Shown in pieces: positions 25,974 through 34,497 of a DNA stretch of 44,051 nt. Source of the stretch: Bacteroidota bacterium. Its GTDB lineage: Bacteria > Bacteroidota > Ignavibacteria > Palsa-1295. Position 1 is the stretch's first letter, and each line of letters opens with the position of its first letter. The notes beneath the pieces are model-generated. The model was not told where the DNA came from, did no database searches, and saw only the letters and a program-made list of their open reading frames with translations. The position numbers were made by a program, and so were the translations under genes. The stretch spans positions 1 through 44,051 of the forward strand of contig JAKAIL010000002.1 of the NCBI GenBank assembly GCA_021825235.1, given 5' to 3'.

Positions 25974-28070
25974 TTATTGGAGGCCTAAAACTATTTTCTG
26001 TGTTGTTGTGCGATTGCCAGCACTTAATCGAAGAAAGTACACACCAGAAGCGTCACCCTGAACGTTAAGCACCACCGAGGATTGCAAAGCCTGCGCGCTA
26101 GTGTTGCAGACTTCTCTTCCAAGTAAATCAAATAATTGGAACTGAACATCTGCGTACTCAATGCCACTTACCGTGTAGCCTATTCGCAATTGATCACCGG
26201 AGACTCGGATCCAGTTAATATTAAGCGTTCCAGCGTTTATGAGCAAAGGACTCACTCCGCTTTGCACGCCCAGCGTTTTTATTGCCCAATGGCTATCCTC
26301 GTTATCGGTAGTACATAAGGAAAGTTGCTGGTCCCCAACTTGTAGTATAAGTGTGGGCAGACGGACCCAGCTCGTTGCAATCCGCGTCGTTTTGGGCCGA
26401 AAGAGAGCCGTGCCCAGGTCCAGCGGTTGCGAAGCAGAAGCACTTCCATTTTGTATGCTTATATTGACCGCATTGCCATGGTTTGCAAGCGAGTTGAGGA
26501 TCCAGCCGGTAGGAGGTAGATAAGTAATAAAACTTGCGATAGAGGAATCCCACGAATATGTAGCCGTGATGGCAGAAAGATACGGCCAGAGCGAATCGAG
26601 ATTGATGGTAGAGCTAATATCGACAGCAAGCGGAAGTGTGTCCGCACTGCCAAAGAATGCGCTTGCGGATTCGCGGTGCAAGCGCTGTGGCTGTGCGAGG
26701 AGTGGCGAGGGAAGAGTCCCGATGAGGAGTATGGTGGTATCGAGTGTCCCAGCACCAGCGGCATAGCGAAGGTGTAACTCCGCGGTATCGGGGCCCTGCG
26801 TGCCGAGGTAACTAATACCAATACTATCGAGCGTATCGAGAGCGTAAGGTGTTGAAATTCCTTGCGTAATTGCGAAGGAGGAGGATCCTTCGAGCCAGAC
26901 CGAATCAAGGGTCACTTGCCCACACGTCTTGAAATGGACAAAGGTGTCCACCTGCTGGCAACCATCCTGATGCATCATTGCAGCTTGCTCTACCGGCGAA
27001 AATGCGCCCGTGCCGGATGTGAAGTCATACCGCCACAGTGAACACGCAGGCTTATCGTCAAAGCCATACAGTATCAGGCCGGAACATCCATTGACGAGGC
27101 AAAATCGGACATCATTCAGGCCGGAGGGACCTTTGATCCCGGTCCAAATCGTCCCCTGGTCCGTCGAGTAATAGAATCCGCCGTGGTTGACGAGATCCTT
27201 GTCACTGTCGAAGTCCTGGACCTGGAAAACGAGGAGTTTGTCGCCAATGCCCGCGAGATGCCCGTCGAATCGGAAGGGAAAGCTCGCTATTTGGGAGAAG
27301 GTGCTGCCATAATCGGTGGACTTGTAGATGATCCCGTTATTGTATGGCGTTCCATTCGTCCATCCTTCCGGGGCCGAGTAAAAGTCAGACGTTCCCATCA
27401 CGCCATAGACGGTCCAGGCTTCCACATTCATCGTGGAGTTGTTCCATGTAATGCCACCGTCGTTCGACGTAAGCCAATTTTGCCCACGATAATCGCTGAT
27501 AACACCATGAAGATCGTCCACGAAATCGCAACAGTTCGTACTCGCCAGGAAGCCGTCGTGAAACGATTGTCCCCCATCGGTCGAAATATGCCCCTGATTG
27601 AACAGGTCGGTTACGATCATGGCATGTGGCGAAATTCGCACGGAAGTTCCCGAGCCTTGGAGCGGAGTCTCGTTCCAGGACCATCCACCATCGGTGGTAT
27701 GCCACAGCGCGCTTGTTCCACTGCCGCCGTAGCACGTCATAGCTAACCAGCCATGAAGGGAATCGGTCATGAGCACATCGGCAATCTCGCCGCTGTAGCC
27801 TGGCGGGGTTACGCATTTTCGCCAAGTCTTGCCGGCATCGCTGGTGCGATACAGCTCGATCGGCGGCTGAGGATAATTCGGCCTTCCAGGACTCATTCCA
27901 AGGCCGACAAACCCGTTATTCTCGTCAACGAATTTTACCAGCGAAATGGCACCGTCGAAAACGCCGATTTTTGTCCATCCTTGCGCCAGCGCAGAAAGAG
28001 GCAATAAAATATAAGCGCTTAGTAAAAACGCCTTCAACAACCGTAATGAGAAGAGCACGTTCCGGAACAT
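25974..28070 (-). CDS. BNR/Asp-box beta-propeller protein with the shared Cys-pair/cohesin-like module and a T9SS-type C-terminal domain
   Basis: Start taken at the ATG at 28070 (signal peptide MFRNVLFSLRLLKAFLLSAYILLPLSALAQG). Six Asp-boxes (TSDAGKTW, TTDGGWSW, STDGGQSF, SNDGGITW, STDYGSTF, STDQGTIW). C-terminus GVYFLRLSAGNRTTTQKIVL. Confidence 0.82.
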   Translation of the reverse strand: MFRNVLFSLRLLKAFLLSAYILLPLSALAQGWTKIGVFDGAISLVKFVDENNGFVGLGMSPGRPNYPQPPIELYRTSDAGKTWRKCVTPPGYSGEIADVLMTDSLHGWLAMTCYGGSGTSALWHTTDGGWSWNETPLQGSGTSVRISPHAMIVTDLFNQGHISTDGGQSFHDGFLASTNCCDFVDDLHGVISDYRGQNWLTSNDGGITWNNSTMNVEAWTVYGVMGTSDFYSAPEGWTNGTPYNNGIIYKSTDYGSTFSQIASFPFRFDGHLAGIGDKLLVFQVQDFDSDKDLVNHGGFYYSTDQGTIWTGIKGPSGLNDVRFCLVNGCSGLILYGFDDKPACSLWRYDFTSGTGAFSPVEQAAMMHQDGCQQVDTFVHFKTCGQVTLDSVWLEGSSSFAITQGISTPYALDTLDSIGISYLGTQGPDTAELHLRYAAGAGTLDTTILLIGTLPSPLLAQPQRLHRESASAFFGSADTLPLAVDISSTINLDSLWPYLSAITATYSWDSSIASFITYLPPTGWILNSLANHGNAVNISIQNGSASASQPLDLGTALFRPKTTRIATSWVRLPTLILQVGDQQLSLCTTDNEDSHWAIKTLGVQSGVSPLLINAGTLNINWIRVSGDQLRIGYTVSGIEYADVQFQLFDLLGREVCNTSAQALQSSVVLNVQGDASGVYFLRLSAGNRTTTQKIVLGLQ

Positions 28071-28193
28071 GGTTGACCCTTCTAAGAAAAGCTCGGAGCC
28101 TGCGATCATGCTCCGATGACCGAAAATTCACCCTCTTAAAGCATGATGCGAGGTAATGTAGTTCCGGGTTTCCAAGATTTTTCATTTAGGGGG

Positions 28194-29204
28194 CTATAGA
28201 GCCGTTTGAATTGACTCGAGGAGTTTGTGCGCTCGTACCGAAATATCGAATCGGGCACCTAAACGCATGATCTTCAGCCGTTCTTCCAACGGTGCGCTCA
28301 TTGAAGATCGAAGCGCATCCAAAAGCCCCTGTTTGTCCGCTCGCTCTTTAGTATAGCCCAGGTTACCAACGACCTCTTGGAGAGCAGGAACCGGTGCGAC
28401 GATGGGAACGCATCCGGAATTCATTGCTTCGGCTACAGCGAGGCCGAAACTTTCCACAAGCGAAAATTGGCAATACGCAGCAGCATTTTGGAATTCCTCC
28501 ACCAGACCCATCGGAGGCAAAGGCCCTTCGATAGCAACCGCATTTGGAATTTCTGAGGCATCAGCAAGTGCTTTTTCCTGCGCGGCTCCACGAAGACCAA
28601 CAATGCGAAATTCGCATTCCGGCATTTCTCTTGCGAGTTCGAGAAAAAGCCCCATTTGCTTAAGTTCGTAATCGGCTACTGCATCGGCCTGCGATACCGT
28701 TAAAGCAATCTGCTTCTTTTCTCGACCATCGTATTTAAACCGGGCTGTATCGACGGCGTTGTAAATAACCGTGGACTTTGAATGATGTGGAATTTGAATG
28801 TCCACCTCGTGCTGCGTGTCGTTGGAAACAGGAAATAAGTGTGTAGCGAATTGTAGCGTATGTTTTACGGCGAACCATCTCCAGCGCCGAGTGCGTGCGC
28901 CAACGCCCAAGTCCGGTAGATTTTCTATCTCAAAACCTCCAACCACCACAAATACTTTTTTTCCGAGCATGCGAGCAATGATACTCGTACACAGCGTATG
29001 ATAATCTGCAAACCAAAAGTAAAGAGCATCGCGGCTCAACATGGAAGCAGCAATTCGAAGCTGCAGCACCACGAGGTTCACTCCTGCCCGCCATCCCCTT
29101 CCAATCGCCGAGTCGATAATATCCAGCTCGTGTTCCTGGCGAAGGATCGTGATGTCATTCTTCACAAAGGTGGAGATGAGTGGCCCTACGAAGGTAATTT
29201 TCAT
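28194..29204 (-). CDS. Glycosyltransferase, GT4 (GT-B fold) family
   Basis: C-terminal sugar-donor motif ESFGLAVAEAMNSGCVPIVA. Start taken at the ATG at 29204 (MKITFVGPL). Confidence 0.82.
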   Translation of the reverse strand: MKITFVGPLISTFVKNDITILRQEHELDIIDSAIGRGWRAGVNLVVLQLRIAASMLSRDALYFWFADYHTLCTSIIARMLGKKVFVVVGGFEIENLPDLGVGARTRRWRWFAVKHTLQFATHLFPVSNDTQHEVDIQIPHHSKSTVIYNAVDTARFKYDGREKKQIALTVSQADAVADYELKQMGLFLELAREMPECEFRIVGLRGAAQEKALADASEIPNAVAIEGPLPPMGLVEEFQNAAAYCQFSLVESFGLAVAEAMNSGCVPIVAPVPALQEVVGNLGYTKERADKQGLLDALRSSMSAPLEERLKIMRLGARFDISVRAHKLLESIQTAL

Positions 29205-30190
29205 GCGAGTTTTTACGGCTGGGGAAAACGCCCGCATTCTTCACTTTGATTCAGCTACTCGCTAATTTGGCCAAAATCTTGTTCAAGGTTGAGGAAATGG
29301 AGTCCCTTATCTCGATATTATTATGGAAAAGCCGGAAGTTTTTCTTCCGCTTTTAGTGTTCGCTCGTGAAAGGCACTTTTGGCCAAAGAGGTCTGTGGCA
29401 CTGACTTTTGGTCAATAATTAGATTTTTTAGCCAAAATTCAGCCTTTCAAATGGAAGCTACCGTAAGAGAGGGGTAGTAGCCCTCCCGCATATCAGTGCT
29501 GATAACGCGAACAAACTTGCTTCCTTCATTTTGTCAATTTAATTTCACTTCGGATGCTCCGGGCAAACTTCGTGGTTTGCTTGCGCATCGGGTGATGTTT
29601 TTAGAGCATTTTTGCTGGCATTCATTGGACCTTGTGCCCCAGGCACGTGAAAGCCGGCGCAATTTGGGAGGATCATTTCGTCTGACCCCTCGTGGGGTTG
29701 TTCACTTATGCAATATGAAGCGTGGACTTACGAGTTCCACATTACAATTCGCGAAGTGAAGTTCAGGCGAATGTCCATATTCTCAGGGTCTGTGAAGTTC
29801 ATTTTCTATCTTCTTCAGTGGATCGTCATGCGATTCGAGCGCGTGCGGCCAACCTTTATGGCTTGCCGGGATTTCGCGCTTCGATTATCGCAGTGCATGA
29901 TCGAGTGTGCATTCGGCTCGTTGCCGGAGAGTTCACCTTGTTTCGCGGTCGAACGCGGGCATTCGTCTGCCATAGAAGAAGAGCATCGGCCTCGCCGGGT
30001 TCCATCGCAACTTCGGCGCGGCGTGTTGCAGTTTGATTCCGGCCGCTGCGGAGCGCTCCTTCGCAGTGTGTACCGGCGACGGTAAGCAAAGAACTCAGCC
30101 TTGAATTCCCTTAGGAGCCGGCGTAGTGTTGCCGAGCTCCGGGAACGCTCTATCACACATCCGGATCCGAAGTCCTATCACAGTAGATCC
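29205..30190 (+). promoter_or_regulatory. Non-coding region of about 950 nt upstream of the RNase E/G gene: GT4/RNase divergent promoter region plus a probable long structured leader
   Basis: It contains only short overlapping Cys/Arg-rich ORFs on both strands. There are many local hairpins, for example 29325-29354, 29563-29580, GTGCC-cca-GGCAC and ACCCC-tcgt-GGGGT. The 3-prime half is GC-rich and self-complementary. Confidence 0.45.
29266..29436. repeat. Four copies of a palindromic 10-mer, TTTGGCCAAA (29266-29275 and 29378-29387; variants TTTGGTCAAT 29407-29416 and TTTAGCCAAA 29427-29436)
   Basis: Read directly. Two copies are embedded in a longer direct repeat GGCACT(GA)CTTTTGG. Confidence 0.75.
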
Positions 30191-32251
30191 GTGAACTATC
30201 CACAACGATTACGAAAAGAGATCGTCATCAATGCCGAGCGCGAAGATGAGGTCCGCATAGCTATTACCGAAGACCGCAACTTAGTCGAGCTCTTCGTTGA
30301 GACTCCCGAAACCGAGCGCCATGTCGGCGACATATTTTTGGGGCGCATTGCGAAAGTAATTCCCGGCATGAATGCCGCCTTTATCGATGTCGGTCTCGAA
30401 CAGGACGCATTTCTCCATTTCTCGGATGTCGGCGATTCTTATGAAACGTCTTCGGCGTTTTTGGCCGGAGAAGATGCCGAACTGAGCGACGACGATGATG
30501 AGGAAGAAGATTATTTAGTGGAAGAAGGCGCAACCGCCGCCGAGCAGAAAGTCTATCGCCCGCGCGGCGGGCGCGGTGGCGGCGGCACTCGCTCGAACGA
30601 CCGTGGCCTTGCGCGCGCAGCGACTCCGCAACCCATCGGCATTACCAGCGCCGAGAATGGAAGCAGAATGGAGCTTCGCCTGGCCGGCGATCGCTCCGCT
30701 CCACGTGGACTCAAGCCGGTACCATCCTTACTCGGCGCAAACGTTTCCCTCGAACCGGATAAACCTATTCTCGTCCAAGTCACGCGTGAGGCATTCGCCA
30801 ATAAAGGCGTCCGCGTAACAAGCCGCATTTCGCTTCCGGGTAGATTCCTGGTGCTTGTGCCCTTCGAGCCGGGCATTGGCATTAGCCGAAAAGTGTATTC
30901 CGTGCGGGAGCGCACCCGGCTCCGCCGAATTGTTCGATCGCTCAAACCGCGAGAACTGGGCGTCATCATTCGCACCGTTGCCGAGAATAAGGAAGAATCC
31001 GCGCTTCGTGAGGATTTGGAGAAGCTTCTGGAACAATGGCGGGAAATCGAGAAGAAAACGCGCGAACTTCAGCAAACCTCGACCATCGTCCAGCCGGCGC
31101 TCATGTATAGCGATCCGAGCCTGACCTCCAGCGTCATGCGCGACCTCTTCACGCCAGATATAACGCGCATTGTTATTGACTCGCGAAAAATGTATCGCGA
31201 AGTCATGGACTATGTCGAATGGGCTGCGCCCAATTTGACCGGCACGGTCGAACTTTATCGTGGTACGCGTCCCATTTTCGATGCCTTCAATATCGAGCCG
31301 CAGATCGAGCAAACGCTGACTCGAAAAATTCCACTGCCCAGCGGAGGCTATCTCTTTATCGAGCACACCGAGGCGATGGTGGTCATCGATGTGAATTCGG
31401 GGCGTTATGCTGCGCGCCGCGAGCAGGAGTTGAACTCGCTCAAGACAAATCTCGAAGCAGCCCGCGTCATTGCGCGCCAGCTTCGCCTGCGTGATATTGG
31501 TGGCATCATCGTCATCGACTTTATCGATATGGGTGAAGAGCGCAATCGCAAGAAAGTCTATGATGAGATGCGGAAGGAACTTCGCAATGACCGTGCGAAG
31601 TCATCCGTATTGCCGCTGACGGAATTTGGTTTAATGCAGATCACGCGACAACGCATTCGACAAAGCATTGCTCGTACGCTTTCCGAGACGTGCCCGGTCT
31701 GCGGCGGCACAGGGCTCCTTGTAAGCAAAACCACAATCATCCATCAGATTGAGCGGTGGCTCGAACGCTTCCATGCCGCTTCGAAGGAGCGCGCGCTCAT
31801 TCTGAAAGTCCATCCGACGCTGGGTGAAATCCTGAACAAAGGGCTCATCTCGCCAATCCGCAAGATGGAACTAAAGCATTTCATTCGCATCCGGCTGGAG
31901 ATGGACGAAACGCTCCTGGGCGATGAGTTCAAGTTCTTCAGTCCGAAGCAAAAGAAGGAGATAACTGCCGAATTCTCACCCACGGAAGTAACACCGGCGG
32001 TGGTGAGCGATCTTGCACTCGAGGCCAGTCACGAGCATGCGGAAGAGGAATCCGAAGACCGGCGGCCCAGCGCGCGGCTCGATGAAGAGCGGCAGAACGA
32101 AGACCGCATCGAAGAACTGGCGTTGCAGCACCGCGAAGGGCGCCCGAACAAACCGCAACGGAACTATCGCCAAAAGCGCCGTGGGCCGCCGCGAGAGAAG
32201 CGATCGGGAGCGAATGTGAACAAGAGCGTGAACAGCCAACAAGTACGATGA
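30191..32251 (+). CDS. Rne/Rng-family ribonuclease (RNase E/G) with an acidic + RGG insertion and a charged C-terminal tail
   Basis: KEIVINAEREDEVRIAITEDRNLVELFVE, an S1 domain (GDIFLGRIAKVIPGMNAAFIDVG) and a catalytic core (VVIDVNSG, IIVIDFIDM). Start placed at the in-frame GTG at 30191; the ORF track begins at 30101. Confidence 0.9.
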   Translation: MNYPQRLRKEIVINAEREDEVRIAITEDRNLVELFVETPETERHVGDIFLGRIAKVIPGMNAAFIDVGLEQDAFLHFSDVGDSYETSSAFLAGEDAELSDDDDEEEDYLVEEGATAAEQKVYRPRGGRGGGGTRSNDRGLARAATPQPIGITSAENGSRMELRLAGDRSAPRGLKPVPSLLGANVSLEPDKPILVQVTREAFANKGVRVTSRISLPGRFLVLVPFEPGIGISRKVYSVRERTRLRRIVRSLKPRELGVIIRTVAENKEESALREDLEKLLEQWREIEKKTRELQQTSTIVQPALMYSDPSLTSSVMRDLFTPDITRIVIDSRKMYREVMDYVEWAAPNLTGTVELYRGTRPIFDAFNIEPQIEQTLTRKIPLPSGGYLFIEHTEAMVVIDVNSGRYAARREQELNSLKTNLEAARVIARQLRLRDIGGIIVIDFIDMGEERNRKKVYDEMRKELRNDRAKSSVLPLTEFGLMQITRQRIRQSIARTLSETCPVCGGTGLLVSKTTIIHQIERWLERFHAASKERALILKVHPTLGEILNKGLISPIRKMELKHFIRIRLEMDETLLGDEFKFFSPKQKKEITAEFSPTEVTPAVVSDLALEASHEHAEEESEDRRPSARLDEERQNEDRIEELALQHREGRPNKPQRNYRQKRRGPPREKRSGANVNKSVNSQQVR

Positions 32252-32264
32252 AGTTGTTCTCATT

Positions 32265-32294
32265 CTTTCGCGCTCCACGAAAGCTAAATTTTTT
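32265..32294 (+). terminator. Weak candidate terminator after the RNase E/G gene
   Basis: CTTTCG-cgctcca-CGAAAG (6-bp stem), then CTAAATTTTTT. Confidence 0.35.
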
Positions 32295-32342
32295 AAAAAA
32301 GTTGAACGGAAATCATGCGATGAGGGAATCATTGGAGTTACG

Positions 32343-32408
32343 CTCCACATTCTAATAAGCGAAGGGTCGAGCGTGTATTGGAAACGATACCCTCGGCCTA
32401 ATGTGGTG
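32343..32408 (+). other. Nested stem-loop of about 65 nt in the RNase-marR spacer
   Basis: Outer stem CCACATT (32345-32351) / AATGTGG (32400-32406). Inner stem CGA(A)GGGT (32360-32367) / ACCCTCG (32389-32395). Confidence 0.5.
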
Positions 32409-32421
32409 AAGGTGAAAGAAG

Positions 32422-32460
32422 CGCGTGTAGCCCGGAGCGGGATGCCCCGGGCTATATGCG
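32422..32460 (+). other. GC-rich 14-bp stem-loop, strand-specific because of G-U pairs; possible terminator or stability element
   Basis: CGCGTGTAGCCCGG (32422-32435) pairs with CCGGGCTATATGCG (32447-32460). This includes two G-U pairs that would be C-A mismatches on the other strand. 11-nt loop; followed by TTTAAAG. Confidence 0.55.
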
Positions 32461-32671
32461 TTTAAAGAGGCACACTCTCGATTTCCAAAAATACGTTCCC
32501 TGTGTGTGATGGACGATCACTGGGTTTAGTGGATTACGTGGACGCTCTGATAAATCGCTGACTTAGCAGAGTGTTCAAAATGCGAACCCCCCAAAGCGGT
32601 TACTACACCTGCAGTGTATCGTGTCGTTGGGTCTATTTTTAGGAAAAAACTTGACTCTATTAAAACAAGCC

Positions 32672-32685
32672 GCAATGGTTATTGC
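32672..32685. promoter_or_regulatory. Palindrome GCAAT-ggtt-ATTGC, 21 nt upstream of the marR-family ATG; candidate auto-operator
   Basis: Read directly. MarR regulators typically bind short palindromes overlapping their own promoters. Confidence 0.3.
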
Positions 32686-32705
32686 AACGGAATGGTTATG
32701 AATCC

Positions 32706-33212
32706 ATGGGTGAAATTCTGAAAAAGCGGTTGCGTATGTCGAAATTTGAGAGTCCTGCGCAGGAAGCGACGCTGGCTCTGATGGTCACGGCCAGTGAGTT
32801 GCGAGCGAATATGGACCGCTTGCTTGCCGAATTCGGTCTGACAGGCGAGCAATACAATATTCTGCGAATTCTTCGCGGGGCCGGCTCCGAGGGACATCCT
32901 TCCGGGGAAATCGGCTGCCGGATGATTGACCGGTCCCCGGATGTTACGCGGCGTATCGACACGCTGGCTCGCCAGGGCTTCGTGGAGCGCGAGCGTTCAA
33001 CAGGGGACAAGCGTGTGGTGCGAGTCCATATTACCGAGAAAGGTCTGGGTCTGCTTAATAGCATAACCCCGAAACTCGAAGTATTCGAACAACGAATAGT
33101 GGGAGAAATAAACGAAGAAGACCTTCACCGTTTGGCCATGCTGTGCGAGAAAATGATCGAACGGGATGCCATCGCTGCGGAGGACGGGAATCAAAATTGC
33201 GATACGGATTAG
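32706..33212 (+). CDS. MarR-family transcriptional regulator
   Basis: Winged-helix pattern LTGEQYNILRILRGAG...DRSPDVTRRIDTLARQGFVERERSTGDKRVVRVHITEKG. Start taken at the ATG at 32706. Confidence 0.88.
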   Translation: MGEILKKRLRMSKFESPAQEATLALMVTASELRANMDRLLAEFGLTGEQYNILRILRGAGSEGHPSGEIGCRMIDRSPDVTRRIDTLARQGFVERERSTGDKRVVRVHITEKGLGLLNSITPKLEVFEQRIVGEINEEDLHRLAMLCEKMIERDAIAAEDGNQNCDTD

Positions 33213-33327
33213 ATTTCTTCCATGAAGCATTAATTCAGCAACAGTGCATGAACGGCTGCGTTGATTTAAGGGTATTGCGCTCCACTGTAAAAAGTGGAAA
33301 GGAATTCCAATTAGAATCACCGTACAC

Positions 33328-34485
33328 ATGCGACCTTTTCGAACCGTTACGCTTCTTTCGGCGGCTACGCTGGTAGGGATTCTGGCCGGATGCGTGCAGA
33401 CTTCCGCTCCGTCTGCACCGATCAGTACTGATACGAGCTATAACCCGAATGCTCCGGCCTACGCGGAAATTGCGACGAATCCCGCGAGTTCGCCATATTA
33501 TACGGAACCGGTTATCTCCTATGGTGCTCCCGGGGACGGCCTATCCGATACGTGGGATACTACATCAACGTATCTTGCTTCCTTCCACTATACCGTTCCG
33601 CCGACGGGGAAACGTGATGCAGTGGCATTCGCCGTTGAACGTGCGACCGCTACGCTGATGCCGCGGCCCGGGATTGTGGGAACTGGGACGGCGGTCGCTT
33701 CCGATGGCTCGCGTCACATAATGGTGTTCGCAGCTACGAAGGGCGATGCCGCCGCTGTGCCGGCAACAATTAATGGGATTCCCACGGAGGTGCGAGTTAT
33801 TGGCCGGGTGCGGGCATTCGATGTTTATACCAGTGCATACCGCCCCATTGTACCCTGTGGTGTTAGCGTTGGGAACTCACGTGAAAATTCCTCTGGTACG
33901 ATTGCTTGTATTGTGGTGAAGCATGGCATTCGATATATTCTCAGTAATAACCACGTTTTGGCACGTTCGAACGATGCGTATGTGGGTGAACCTATTGTGC
34001 AGCCGGGCCGAGCAGATAATTATGGCCTGCCAACAGGGCAAATCGGGGTATTAAGTGCGTATAAAAAGGTAAGCTTCACGAGTGATAATCTTTTCGATGC
34101 TGCTGTGGCACGGCTTACCACGGAAAATTCGTATGATGAGGCAGATCAGTTTTCACCCAGTCATACCTGGGAGAATGCCCAGGTCGGAATGGCCGTACAA
34201 AAGGTAGGGCGTACCACGGGCTTGACAACCGGTACGATAGCGGCGACGGATGTGACGCTAAAGGTTGATTATGATAATGGTATGACGGCTACGTTTGTGA
34301 ACCAGATTTTCGTGCCAGATTCCAATTTTCTTCAACCTGGTGACAGCGGTTCGCTGCTCGTCACCCAGAATGGGAATCATCCGGTGGGGCTATGTTTCGC
34401 CGGAGGATCGTCTGGCGCGTTTGCGAATCCGATTGGACCGGTCCTCAGCTATTTCGGAGTGGATTTAGCTGGAACGAATAATTGA
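33328..34485 (+). CDS. Lipoprotein, trypsin-like (S1 family) serine protease
   Basis: Lipobox LAGC. Catalytic triad contexts NNHVLA (His), FDAAVARL (Asp) and QPGDSGSLLV (Ser). Confidence 0.78.
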   Translation: MRPFRTVTLLSAATLVGILAGCVQTSAPSAPISTDTSYNPNAPAYAEIATNPASSPYYTEPVISYGAPGDGLSDTWDTTSTYLASFHYTVPPTGKRDAVAFAVERATATLMPRPGIVGTGTAVASDGSRHIMVFAATKGDAAAVPATINGIPTEVRVIGRVRAFDVYTSAYRPIVPCGVSVGNSRENSSGTIACIVVKHGIRYILSNNHVLARSNDAYVGEPIVQPGRADNYGLPTGQIGVLSAYKKVSFTSDNLFDAAVARLTTENSYDEADQFSPSHTWENAQVGMAVQKVGRTTGLTTGTIAATDVTLKVDYDNGMTATFVNQIFVPDSNFLQPGDSGSLLVTQNGNHPVGLCFAGGSSGAFANPIGPVLSYFGVDLAGTNN

Positions 34486-34497
34486 ATCGTGAGTGGA

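Noticed and set aside
24493-26975. The shared paralog module as a diversity-generating retroelement VR/TR pair
   Set aside because: There is no reverse transcriptase in the window. The differences are not restricted to adenine positions as far as I can see, and both copies are long coding segments.
29496-30156. ORFs 29496..29759, 29708..30085 and 29722..30036 (+), and 29815..30156 and 29856..30089 (-)
   Set aside because: They overlap one another in several frames and on both strands. They are Cys/Arg/Ser-rich with no motifs, and they sit in a GC-rich self-complementary stretch. I treat them as non-coding leader.
30101-30190. The first 30 codons of the RNase E/G ORF (MNSLRSRRSVAELRERSITHPDPKSYHSRS)
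   Set aside because: Rne/Rng proteins normally begin a few residues before the KEIVIN-type strand. The in-frame GTG at 30191 gives MNYPQRLRKEIVINAE, so the upstream extension is probably untranslated.
32405-32418. GGTGAAGGTGAAAG resembles the GGGTAAGGGTGAAA element of RNase P RNA
   Set aside because: The universally conserved GAGGAAAGTCCGGGC and other P4 elements are absent from the spacer.
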